Positions 27,646-39,328 of a stretch of DNA of 64,000 nt are shown in pieces (the stretch's first letter is position 1; each line of letters begins with the position of its first letter). The notes beneath the pieces are model-generated. The model had not been told where the DNA came from. It saw only the letters and a list, made by a program, of their open reading frames with translations, and did not search any database. This stretch comes from Takakia lepidozioides (taxonomy: Eukaryota; Plantae; Bryophyta), in NCBI GenBank assembly GCA_030704615.1, contig CM060733.1:21204001-21268000 (forward strand), in the 5' to 3' direction. The position numbers and the translations under genes were made by a program.

Positions 27646-28618
27646 TCAAGTGTCAAAGTCATCAGAATCAGAATCGACCTCCTGTGCTATGTCATCCACA
27701 AAGATTCTGGCCCCAACACCACGTCTTTTACCACGACCGTCGATGGTTGGACTGCGAGTGCCATGAATGGACATGCTTGCTGCGAGTGCCTCCACATAGA
27801 CGGGTAGCATGTAAGACTGAGGAGGACTTGAAAGAAGTCCAAGAAGTTGTGATAGCCCTGGACAGTGGAAGCACACGGACTCCTGCACAAGTCGACAAAA
27901 ACCCATTTTGAATACAATGATGCAATGCACAAGTCCAACAAAGAGGATGTCTCTCATGTTCACCTTGCCTTAAGAACAGTGATTCTAGTGAAACAAGAAT
28001 GCAAGCATCCACAGGTTGAACTTACTCACAGGCAAAGTCAGAGTCCAGCTCCTTGTCGGACGTCTCCCCTGTATCAATATCACCGAGAAGCGGCTTTGGA
28101 AGGACTTGAGAAGTTTGTCCACCCAAACCCATTAGGAGGTTCTTGTAAATTTCGGCATCCCCTTCAATCCCGAAGAGATGTCGCACACTGGCCTTACAAG
28201 CGTGGTACGAAGTACCTGCAATGGAATAGAAGGAAGGAAATAGATATTGAAGACTCATTTGGAATGGTGAGAAGAGCTGAAAGTGCAAGCTCAAACAAAC
28301 CCGATCAAATGTGAATGTTGAAGAGACGAACCTGTGCCCATTGACAAATCCAGAACTCTGGCGTCGGTGTAGGTGCAGCACTCCACAATCGTTTGAATGA
28401 AAGCCGGGCTCCTCTCCCTGGCCCCTCTCCAAGGAACCCCATTCCCCCTTTGCAAGCAGACGTTATTGTCCACGTAGTTGTGGTGCATGTCATCCGTGGG
28501 AGGATCTGTCCTCTCGTCTATGAACTTGCGCCCATGAGTGATGGCAAACTCCCTAATGACGGCTGGAGTCGTAGGTGGATGCACTCGGACGAGACAAACA
28601 GCTTCAAACAAAAGTGTC
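27646..28618 (-). pseudogene. N6/N4 (amino) DNA methyltransferase-like gene, C-terminal SAM-binding half, spliced
   Basis: GT-AG intron 28331-28216 joins in frame to WRGARERSPAFIQTIVECCTYTDARVLDLSMGTG|TSYHACKASVRHLFGIEGDAEIY, matching the N6_N4_Mtase pattern P..L...I...T..GD.VLDPF.G.GTT..AA...GR..IGIE.D..Y. N-terminal catalytic half absent; last exon uncertain. Confidence 0.7.
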
Positions 28619-28740
28619 TGCGAATGGACATCCAGAAGGATCTAAGAAGCTTGAAAATCAGGCACCTACATATTCATTTGAGCGAATTATGCAACTCCAT
28701 CCGAGAACCACCAAAAAAAGGAACAAGAAGGCAGATTTAC

Positions 28741-29780
28741 AAACAAAAAACCGGAAAGGGGGGCACAAACAATGTGCGTTGCCACAGACTGTTTGGTGCT
28801 TCCAACTACGGGTGTTTTGAACTTGGCACACTGGCCCTGTGTGGCACATTTAGACATCAAACATGGCCCATTTTGAAATAAAAAAAACAGGCACAAAAGG
28901 GGCCACAAACAGTGTGTTTTGAAGCACACTGTTTGGGGCTTCCAATTAGGGGTATTTTGAGCATGCCATACTGGCCCTTTGTGGCCCATTTTGAAGTAAA
29001 AAAACAACCGGAAAGGGGGACACAAACAGTGTGCGTTGCCGCACACTATTTGGTGCTTCCAACTACGGGTGTTTTGAACTTGGCACACTAGCCCTGTGTG
29101 GCACATTTAGACATCAAATATGGCCCATTTTGAAATCAAAAAACAGGAACAGAGGGGGCCACAAACTGTGTGCACATTGTTTGGGGCCTCCAATTAGGGG
29201 TATTTTGAGCATGGCATACTGGCCCTTTTTGGCCCATTTTGAAATAAAAAAACAACCGGAAATGGTGGCCCAAACAGTGTGCGTTGCCGCACACTATTTG
29301 GGCTTCCAATTAGGGGTATTTTGAGCATGGCATACTGGCCTTTTGTGGCCTATTTTGAAGTCAAAAAACAACCGGAAAGGGGGGCACAAACAGTGTGTGT
29401 TGCCGCACACTGTTTGGTGCTTCCAACTACATGTGTTTTGAACTTGGCACACTAGCCCTGTGTGGCACATTTAGACATCAAATATGGCCCATTTTGAAAT
29501 CAAAAAACAGGCACAGAGGGGGCCACAAACTGTGTGCTTTGAAGCACATTGTTTTGGGCCTCCAATTAGGGGTATTTTGAGCATGTCATACTGGCCCTTT
29601 GTGGCCCATTTTGAAATAAAAAAAACAACCGGAAATGGGGGCCCAAACAATGTACGTTGCCGCACACTGTTTGGTGCTTCCAACTACGGGTGTTTTGAAC
29701 TTGGCACACTGGCCTACTGTGGCACATTTACACATCAAAACACAACCAGAAAGGGGGGCACAAATAGTGTGCGTTGCCGA
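28741..29780. repeat. Tandem array of ~109-140-bp units, each with a palindromic core
   Basis: Core CAAACAGTGTGCG-TTGC-CGCACACTGTTTG or variants at 28766, 28906, 29023, 29162, 29271, 29387, 29526, 29644 and 29761 (partial); two mostly alternating linker types give a ~257-bp higher-order unit. Confidence 0.9.
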
Positions 29781-29899
29781 AACCAGTGGTTGGCAGGATC
29801 AGTAGCTACCCCTGGCACTGCAGCATCGGTCGTGCAGCAGAATGACACAGTTCATGTGAAACGCGAGGTGAGCATATCCACTACATTCGTGACTCTTTC

Positions 29900-31050
29900 A
29901 GACTCGTCCTCGGAGGATGTTTATGAGATTCCTCCGCCAATCCAGACTCCATTCTTGGATGATGACGAATTGCAGGAGATAACAAGTGTCATTCCGAAAT
30001 TGAAAGCCCTCGTAGGGGTGCCTGGGTGCAAGAGCGAGCTGCGTTTTGTTGATTGGGCGTCCCTTCAGGTGCAGAGGGTTCAATATGGAGTAGCAGAGTT
30101 TGACGGGGACATTTTGTTTGAGCTCCACCCTCCCACGTCTTCCAGTGGACTAGCTGGGCTTCTGCAGGGCATGGTTAAGAAACATGACGGACATGGTTCA
30201 ATAGGGAGCGCACATGCCTCTTCCATTGGAGTCAATCTCTAGCACGTCATACAAAGCGTTGCATTTGACCTGACCTTCAGTTGGAGCACAGAAGGCTTTT
30301 CCTTGAGTACAAAAATGCCACCTCAATCGGAGAAGTTGAGAGCACTTACCAAGCAATTCGGGCTTGGTGGTTCTCCTCTGGTGCTGCTAGTGGGATCCAG
30401 CTGAAGGAGTTGGAGGACTGGTTGGTTTTCTGGCACTTCAGGTACAGACAGTGGGGAGCTTTCATGATGACGGTATGTCTTTTCAATCCCAGAAACACAA
30501 ATTTCACTTTGCATCGAGCCTGTTCCTTTGGGCTTGTTGGATTGTCACTTGCAGAACCTCTTCCATTTCATTTCGTTCCTCACATTTGCGTTCAATGCCT
30601 CCTGCAGGACATATCCTTGGAGGACTTGGCCGACATGCCTTCCTGTAATTTGGCGGAGACTGTTCACAATGCCTGGATGCAGCAGTCTACCAAAGCAGGA
30701 CTTGACTTGTATGTTGCCATTGCCGATGACATGGTGCGGGCACTTACACAACAAACCAGATACCGCAATTTTCTGATGGGACGGGGCGGAGGCAAGGGCC
30801 CTGATATGACTTTGTTGATGCTAAGGGCTGCGAATAGGTCCGGAGACCCATAAAAGATGGCGAGAGCTCTGAACAGGTGCACTGAAGGCTCCCCTTTGCA
30901 ATCCAGGGTCCCCCATTTGGAAGGCGAGAAAACATTTGGATCATGCAAAAAGAAATTGAACACTCCTCCAGGGTCGGATGGAGATTCCCATCGCCCGGAC
31001 AGGGTCAATTTTTCTGTACCTAAGGTGTCTCCGGTGCAGACTAAGTCATG
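29900..31050 (+). pseudogene. Divergent Mutator-like DDE transposase remnant
   Basis: CxxH motif CLFHWSQSL at 30215; WLVFWHFR..QW; intron 30473-30607; then PSCNLAETVHN (N-x-x-E catalytic Glu context). Region carrying the first two Asp is deleted; in-frame stops present. Confidence 0.65.
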
Positions 31051-31291
31051 TGCCCACCCCTTCCCTGGTGGGTATTGTGCAGACATTGCAGACATGGTGC
31101 ATGGTGGCCCCTTTGTTTTGTCCACGTTTCTCCACGGTAATAGGTACTATTCCTGCAATCCTCGCCTATAGGGCCTGCTTCTCCAGCACATTTGTGCCGC
31201 TCACGCTTCCCTGAAGCGTGAGCGCAGCTCCCAGGCTCACGGGGCTGGGCTCACGCCGTAGCTACGCTGGCCCGGATTAAGGATGGATTCA

Positions 31292-33760
31292 GCACATGAC
31301 AACATGGTGGACAATATTATTTGCTAATTCAATGAAATCTTGCAGCGTGGACATTCGAAAGCATTGTAATGACATACCTGGTGGGCAAGGAAGCCACCCC
31401 ATGTCCAAGTCCTCGCAATACCTCAACATTTCAGTAAATTCAAGGATGGCTTTATCAACCCCCATTCCTGGTTGTCCCCCTCCACACCACAAGACCTCAA
31501 AAAACTGTATGATTAACAATGGCAAGGTCACGGATAGCCCTGCATCTGACTTGCTGCATAAAAGCCTACAGCTACTGTATGACGCGGTCTTGGTCGTCTT
31601 TCTGTCTCTCCAGAAGGTCTGCCACAGAGTCCAGCACCTCCCTTCAAGCCTGCTCGTATGGTGCTATGCAACCATATAGAAAGTATCCAATCTCAAGAAA
31701 ATTATTGGCTGCATTTGTAATGGCCACGTGACCCTCGGGTGTGTCTAGAAGTTGGTGGAGGAGGTCGCGCAACACAGAGTTCCTTGGTGTGGACAGGGGA
31801 ATTGTCTTTTGAACGTGACACATCCAAATGAGACGCAACACCCTCATGAACTGCGGTGTTTTCGGAGGTGGTGCTGTGTTTTGACTTCCTGTCAAAATGG
31901 CCATGAACATGTGGGCTTCCTCCCGCAAATGTGTGAACATATTATTTGAGAGCTCTGGGATGTCACCCGCCTTTATAATTTTGGAAAGTGGGGACCAGCC
32001 CCATTTACTTTCATGTATTTCGTCATTGACCTGTCTGTCCCATTTATGCAATCCAGCCTCCACAAACTGAGTTCTTCTTCTCCAATGCAGCCTGAGCAGC
32101 AACCTCCTTCATGTCACAGTCCATGATGGCAGCCCTGTACTTGTGGTATTTGACAACATCATTGCACTCAGCGTATTGAGCTGCATGGTCTGGAGTAAAA
32201 CCAGGACGTATTGAAAAGCACGCCAATGTCTTGCGAAGAAGTGCCTCCTCCTGCGGTGGTGCATCATGCTGCTACCACACCATGAAATAGATTTGTACTG
32301 ACATTAGAATAGACCCCTCCCATAATGAAGGTCATGGACATAAAAGCAATCCAAACAGGCACATTACAATGCATGAAAACAAAACCCATGCAAAACAATA
32401 TGTTCAAATTCAAATGCATATAAGACAATGGTGCTGCAGATCCTGAGTTGTAAATGACAATATTCTCACACCAATGTGCATGGTGAAGAGAACGCCACGG
32501 GCTTCAGCTACATGCGTATACATGTGCCTCCAAGAGGAACAACCTTACAATATAGATGTTGGAATACAAATGCAGGAGAACATGACCATTCCACAGACTT
32601 AAATGCGTGCTCATAGATGGAAAAACATGTATGACAGAAAAAAGAGGGCGGTCAGTGCAGGAGAGGATTAGAAGAGGTATTACCATGCGTTGGACGAACC
32701 ATTGACCATACGCTTTACCCATCATACTATTAGCAAATTCCGCTCTCCCCACAAGTGCAGCAAGACTTTCTAAAAAGCAGGGATTGTTAGGTGAAGGGAA
32801 CCCATCAGGCAACAAATTGTAGTCCATGAGGTAGCTGAGACCTGGGCGTGCAACAGGTGCAGGTTTGGGGGGCACGACAATGTCAGATTTCAGTATCAGA
32901 GAAGCTGCCACAAAGGCTTGTTTGGCCTCTTCTCTAGTCGTGGATTGAAGCAAAGCAGACTTGATCAACTGATCCAGAGTTGGTGCCTCTGTATGTGTCC
33001 TCGTTGGTGGGATTGACAGCATGATAGTTTCCTCGTCCATTGCCAAGTCCCCCGCCTGAAGAGGTACATGGGAGTCCTTAGCTGGTAGCCGCAAATGCCT
33101 CCTCCGCTTCATTTCTGGCTGAAATTCATCTTCACCCCCACTGTCCTCCTGGCCCACCTTCGCCCGCAAGTTTTTGCGCGGTAGATGCCCATGGTCCTTC
33201 AGAACAGTCTCCATCAACGCCCTCTGACCGGCTTCAAACACATGGTACATTTTTAGTTTAGCCCCACCCTTCCCAACAACAGCACACCCATTTATCCTGT
33301 GAACGTTTAATTTTTTTTTGTCTTTATACACATGTTTACAGTAGATACATATGAACGGCTTCCTGTTATTATCCCCGGGTTCATCAAGCCTTGCCCTCGT
33401 GTGAGCCTCGCAAGTCAGTGCTTCCCACTCATCAGTATCATATTCCTCATGGTATACCCGACGTGCTTGGAGCATGGTGGATTTTTTCACCATTTTGGAA
33501 GTACAGGTAGACAGCGTTGACCACTCCTGCCCTGAAGAAGCCGACGTTCATGTTAAGGCACAAACTGAGAGTGCGAATGGGTACTAGCATGGGCCCTCAC
33601 AACGAAGTATAAGCCATTTCCATTCTGGTCGCCACCATCTTGCATAACCGAAAGAAGCCATGCATTTGGCACACGAAGAATGCATTGGAGGGAAGAGCAA
33701 GACATTGGCAACATAATGCCAATGGGAACACAATGCGACGACGTAAAAAAAATCCACAAA
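31292..33760 (-). pseudogene. TE cargo gene remnant with C2H2 zinc finger, continuing past the nested element into a RING-like motif (26874-26790)
   Basis: FICIYCKHVYKDKKKLNVHRINGC in ORF 32504-33493; further ORFs 31644-32102 and 31289-31531. Confidence 0.5.
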
Positions 33761-34540
33761 ACTCACATTAATCTCTAAACCCTAAAGACAGACTTATGGA
33801 GGCCTTCTAGCTTCACCTGCAACACGAGAATGATATAGGCAGATCAACAAAAGCTCCCGAGCATGAGAAAAGCAGTCGCGAAACAAAGCAAATGAAAAGG
33901 AAAGCGTTTCGGTATACGTACACTTCTTTCCGAATCGTGTTGCACAAGATCCAAGCGCTACTTACATGAAAAAAACGGGCGAAGGGTGTGTAATCAAAGC
34001 AAATGAGAAACATGAAACAGGAAAGACTGACGCTGCTGAGAACCTCCTCCGAAAGCGCTTTCCTGCGGGGCATATTTTTTCACTGAACTTGCCACAACGT
34101 CTGCACATGATGTTTCTAGAACACGCACTACGGCATCGATAGAGACAGTGGCACGGTTCAGGCGACGTGGTTGAGGAGAGACGTTCCCTCGCATACGAAG
34201 CATCGCCTTCAGCGTCTCTGTAAGCAGCTGACAATCACTTCCGCAAAGCACGATCACGTCCTAATCTGTATGCAATTATGAACAATGCATGTATGAGTAG
34301 ACATGCATACATGTGGGACGACGCATGCATGTATGACAACCTCCACATATGGATGCATGCATCGTGGTAATACAGTTGAAGTAAAACCGTTTCATGTATT
34401 ACGTGGGTGACGGCCTCACAGGGGACGGAGGCCGGGGGGGGAGACAGGAAGCCCAATCGCGGCGACTGCGGGCCGCGGCATTGCCGCCAAGGGGGGTGGG
34501 GGGGGCCACGTAGGCAGCCCCGCTGATGGCGCATTAAACT

Positions 34541-37367
34541 CCATTGACTGGACCTTCCTGCTAGCAGCTCTGGAAAAAACAGGTTTGGGAGGCCAATTCA
34601 GGACTTGGGTTTGCATCCTTCTGCATTCAGCTTCTAGTAAGGTGATGGTGAACGGAGTGATCTCCAACTCCTTCCCGATATCCAGGTCTGTCAAACAGGG
34701 GTGCCCGTTGGCACCCTTTCTTTTCCTCATTGCTGCTGATTCTCTTGGGCATCTTTTCGAAGCAAGGCGTGATATAGTGGGCTACATTTACCTACTTACC
34801 AACCTGAGATGGTTAAACTCTCTATGTATGCCGATGATACCACCTTGCTATTGGACAATTCCAGCCATAATAACATTTAGCGGGCTCTACAAGCTTTGCA
34901 AATTTTCTGTGTGGGTTCAGGACTCAAGATCAATTGGATGAAGTCCAAAGGCATTCTCTCTCAGCTGCAAAACCAAACAGCCTCCACGCATTGCACCCCT
35001 TGGGGGAATGACATTGGCCTCAACTGGTTGTGCGAAGGGGAGTCACACACTCTTCTAGGACATCAGATTGGTCTAAATATATCCTAGAAATGTACTATGC
35101 AGGCTGTCATCAAGACGCTGAAAAGAACACTGGCGCATTGGAGCTCATCCATGCTCTCGACTGCTGGGAGAGCCCTAGTCGTCAACCAAGTTTCGTTGGC
35201 ATCTATTTGGTTTTTTGCTGCAGTATGGGACCCTGGTACCTCTTTGGTGAAAGAAATAAAGGCCTTGGTTCGAAATTTCATTTGGGGGGCCTCCACACAC
35301 TCCCCTGAAAGACGTGCTCTCATATCGTGGGAACAGCTCTGCCAGCCAAAAAGCAAAGGAGGACTTGGAATTATAGATCCAGCAACGCAGATCAAAGCAC
35401 TTTTGGCCAAATGGATACCTAGAGCTATATCCCAACGCCATAGCCCGTGGAGCAAGCTCGTTCAACCATATCTCATGGGAGCTCACCCCTCCTCTTCCCC
35501 CCAGTGGGCCCATTCCTTGCGTTGGATAGTACAAGGCGGAAATGCGAATGTAAAGCTAGGCTCGCGCCCTTGGCAGTCAATATGGGCAGCGTGGCGGGCA
35601 ATCAGGGGCTTCCTTACTCAGAGAATGCCCTTCAATTTTGAGGAGTGCTACCATCAACCCCTATTCGGGAATTACAAAATGGACTCTTCAGCGGTGATTA
35701 TGCATAATCCAAAGTGGGCTTTTTGGGAACATCTGGAATCAAGGTCAGTTTTTTACAGAGCCTGCTGTCACCCATCTTCTTGGTCAGAGACGCGCTAAGG
35801 CATGGCCTGCTCTGCTGGCTGAGGTGCCTGATTACATGCCTCTTCTTATGAGAAATGGTGGCAATACTTTGGTCTTTACCCTCTTGGATGGCATCATCGC
35901 TTGACGTTGGCAACACAGTTCTCTTAGTTCTATCTCTAGAAAATCAGACCGCATCTGGTATTTCCTTCCTTGCTGACCATGAAGGGAATCTGCTTTTTAG
36001 GGGCTCATTGGACCTGCATAAAAGCTCATTATTCCCTATAAGGGTGCTGGACTCCAAATGGAATGCCAATCCCAGGCCTCCGCAAGGGCAAGAGCTGCAG
36101 TGGGCCTTGCATTCTGACTTCACCTGGTTTCTCAAATACCCTCTGGATGCCCTACAGTTTGACCCCGAGGAATGGAGCTGGATGAACCCCAACCATTCGC
36201 CCTTTTTTGCATACTCGGTCAAAATGGGGTTGTGTTGCAAAGGCCCAACAGATCCTTCCTATCGAAGTAGAACACTAAATGGGCACAGCTTAACCTCTCC
36301 CAAGCCGCATGAGATAGAGTGTGGAAAGACATCTGGAGGAAGCCAAGAGCAGCAAAAATTTCAAGCTTTCTGTGGAAGCTGGCCCACAAAATTCTCCCTG
36401 TCCACGCTGCTACTCTCCACAACAATTCAGCCTGCACTTTGTGTCTTGCTCAACCTGAATCTACTGAACATTGCCTGGCAGAGTGTAACCTGCCTGCCAG
36501 GGTTTGGAGAACAGTGTTGGCTTTTTACTCTTCTTGGGAATCTTTCCCGCATCTCCCCCCCCTCTTCATTGCTTCTGCTGAATTTGTTGCCAAATGGCAG
36601 GTTGCATGTTTGTCCAGTATGGGCCTGCCTTAGGGCGTACACTTTGTGGAATCTCTGGAAAGCTAGATGCTCCTTTGCTTATGAGGGGAAACCCCCTAGA
36701 GGCAGACCTATACTCTTTTGTATTTATAATGACCTGCTTACTGAGGGGAGGAAAGCCTGGGGTGTTATGTCTGCAGCTGTTGACAGGGCTTCACAACAAC
36801 GCGGGACCCAGCTCTTCAATCGTTTTCTGCAGTCCTGGGGCAAAGATGGCATACTCGTCACCAGTTTACCCCCTATGCGCGTCACCTGGCAAGAAAACAT
36901 CCCCGCTGCTTAGGATGTCTCCATGGAGAAGAAGGGGATTACAATTGGAGACATAAGAAGGCTCGTGTGACTAAATTTAGAACTCAGCTGCAGTTTTAGT
37001 TCGATTGGTTTTGCTTGTCACCTTTCAGCTTCCAGGGAATCAAGGAGGCTCGAAATGATTCAAGTACCACTACTTAGAAATTGGCTGTAGTTCTAGGATC
37101 CACGCCCTTGCTCCATTCTTGCTTCTCGCTGGCTGGCTGGCTACTGGAACTCTTTCGTCACTACCTTCACCTGCTCTGTTTTTCTCAATCTCTTTCCTCA
37201 TCTCAGTTCCTCCCTATGCTTCCTCCTTTGGTTCTGCTTACTACGTAGCTAGTATGCTCAGGTTTCGGGGACATTTCCCCTCGGTCAGCCTCATGGCCTC
37301 CCTAGGTGGTTATTTTTTCCACCTTTTGTGACTCATTTTTAATTTAATTTGAGTAAAAAGAAGGTCT

Positions 37368-37398
<31 letters not shown>
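34541..37398 (+). mobile_element. L1-like LINE, 5'-truncated, degraded ORF2 (RT, zf-RVT)
   Basis: IDWTFL; SVKQGCPLAPFLF; YADD in shifted frame; SGLKINW.KS; WEQLCQPKSKGGLGI; C..C....ES.EHCL..C. Multiple frameshifts; ends in (TA)n. Confidence 0.9.
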
Positions 37399-37974
37399 AC
37401 TTATGGCCTTTCATAAAGTCCATCACTTCTAGAGATAACGGTTTTTGGCGGCAAGTCTTGGAAGGTAGATACTACATGTAGATAGGAGCAATGTTGTGAG
37501 TCCCTTTCCACAAATTTCATAGAAATCTACGATTGTAGATAAAAACCAACAAACTATGTACAAAATGACACAGTTACGTCAAAAAATGGACACTGTAGGC
37601 GGCAATCACCCAATAATCGCCAAAATGAGTGGTGCGGGACAAGTCTTTCTTCTACAACACTTTCCTCCCTGCATTGATTAGGGGCACGGTGCAATGCATG
37701 CACATAACAATATCAAGAGCAATCATGCAAAGAACAGAAACGACATCATGCAGCGCCAAAGGCAAGCTTCAAATGACTCCAAAACACACTTTAAGAAGCT
37801 GCAGGTCCCTATACTCACCATTTCAGGTCTTTTCAGTTGAGCACATGCTAAAAAGCCGAGTTACTTAGTGAATTGAAACGATAACGTGGAATTCTAATGT
37901 AGTTCATGTCATCTGTCCACTATCTTCCTTAAAATCCGAAACGACAGCTACACTTATAATAAGGCAGTACATAC

Positions 37975-38156
37975 CTAGATGCAACGTCAACCCACAGTGA
38001 ATTCCCAAGTGTTTCCCTGTAACACTCTTCCGTCTGCACCAGGGCATACCTCACACGAGCCACCAAACAGAGGTACATAGCCTCAGCATGGGCAGCTACA
38101 CTGTAGTTCCGTCCGTGCTCCCCAACTACGGGCAACTTCAGACGAATCCCTGCCAT
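37975..38156 (-). pseudogene. Probable first exon of the At4g21190-like PPR pseudogene, displaced by the 16-kb insertion
   Basis: ATG-initiated frame ending at an AG|GTATGT donor, same strand, just beyond the element end. Linkage is inferred only. Confidence 0.3.
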
Positions 38157-39328
38157 GCCATAGGCATGGCACCAAGCCAGCTTGTCACTACAACCCACTA
38201 ATTCTGTGCATGCTGCCAGATGCATCAAACCAGTACAGAGGAGGCAGAGGCAAAACGAGAGGAAGACAATAGAAGCTTTGTTTCTAGGGAAGAATGAGCT
38301 GTGCAAAGCAAAGGGTCCAAGCAAAAATTAATAGGTCTAAGTGGGGCGCAACAGATGTGTGAGTAGGGGATCCCCCTCTGCAAGCCCACCCATACAAGTG
38401 AATCTACAATGCCGTCTCAAGGCTTTCTCGAATCCTGTAATCGAATGTTGTCATCAGCCCAATGCCTCCACAACTAATCCTCTCTAAGATTGAAGTGAAC
38501 TCACACATCCGAGCATGGAGTATTATCGGAACGGTGATAGGGCCTCCCCACTTGTTAGCGCTTCGACTAGAAATCTTTGAAATCTTTTATTTTGAGTCCA
38601 TGTATTTCCATTTGTAGCGGTTACAATCCACAGTTGTCGTGTTCAAAAGTCCATACCTCTTGGACATTTATTTGATTGACAAGTTGACGGTTGGTATAGG
38701 TAGATATTGAAGTTAGGAATCCAGCATGGAAAATATTTCTCAACATTATTGACTCTATTCAAAGCAATTCATGATATCATGCACGACAGTCACTGAAAAA
38801 ACTGTCAGTTACGTCAATTTTGGTCCACCTTACATTGCATCTACCCAAAAAACCTTGCACGTTGTCACGGCACCGATTGGTGTGTCATGCTCCCTAGTCT
38901 TACCTTCTTCTTATGTTTTGCCAAAGCAGGAAAGCCCATCGTCGTTTGAGGCTTGTTCCAATAGGCGTGACGAGAATCGTGATAGCCGACGTAAAGTGAG
39001 CTTACCCCACTTGTATTTCGAGAGGTGTGTTAACGTACTATTTGAATAGCGGATTAAAGTTCCTGCCCAAGGACTTTCCGCTGTTTAAGGGTGGGTCCGA
39101 GGAGGTTGGGTAGCACATGAGTATACTCGCACTATATACTCACATAGTCCATGGGTTGGTATCGTGTGAGCATGACGCGAGCACAACCCACAATCATGGG
39201 TTTTATGTTTTTAAACCTATGTCATAGGAGTTATACGTTTGCAAAAGAAAAAAAAACCTCTAGAAGCCTTGTTTAAGTCTCATAATTGGTTGATTTTCTT
39301 CTTCTTGTTTTTCTTTTGTGGTGTATAC

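Larger units (their letters stand above)
26883..31291. mobile_element. Mutator-like DNA transposon, internally deleted, carrying an amino-MTase-like gene, hairpin array and PPR fragment
   Basis: 8-bp TSD GCACATGA (26875-26882, 31292-31299); removing the element rejoins the flanking frame as VVMC|NICFGC...CCKH. Imperfect subterminal inverted repeats CCGGG...GCTA...CGTGAGCCC...CGTGAGCCTG. Confidence 0.75.
21472..37636. mobile_element. Large (~16 kb) unclassified cargo-carrying DNA element hosting two nested insertions
   Basis: Candidate 8-bp TSD GGACAAGT (21464-21471, 37637-37644); weak terminal similarity GCAC(C)ACTC; related subterminal motifs at both ends (TGGCCT..ATAAA(A)GTCCAT; TGCCGCC...TGACGTAA inverted). 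Ulp1, RING and C2H2 remnants inside; no transposase of its own recognised. Confidence 0.5.

Noticed and set aside
27646-28618. Bacterial restriction-modification contamination
   Set aside because: The gene has a spliceosomal intron within motif I and lies in a TSD-bounded element nested in plant DNA; no endonuclease partner.
28741-29780. CRISPR array (palindromic repeats with spacers)
   Set aside because: Linkers are ~80-110 bp and themselves repeated rather than unique; no cas genes; eukaryotic TE context.
28575-29790. ORFs spanning the tandem array
   Set aside because: They are translations of the repeat, with no protein-like motifs.
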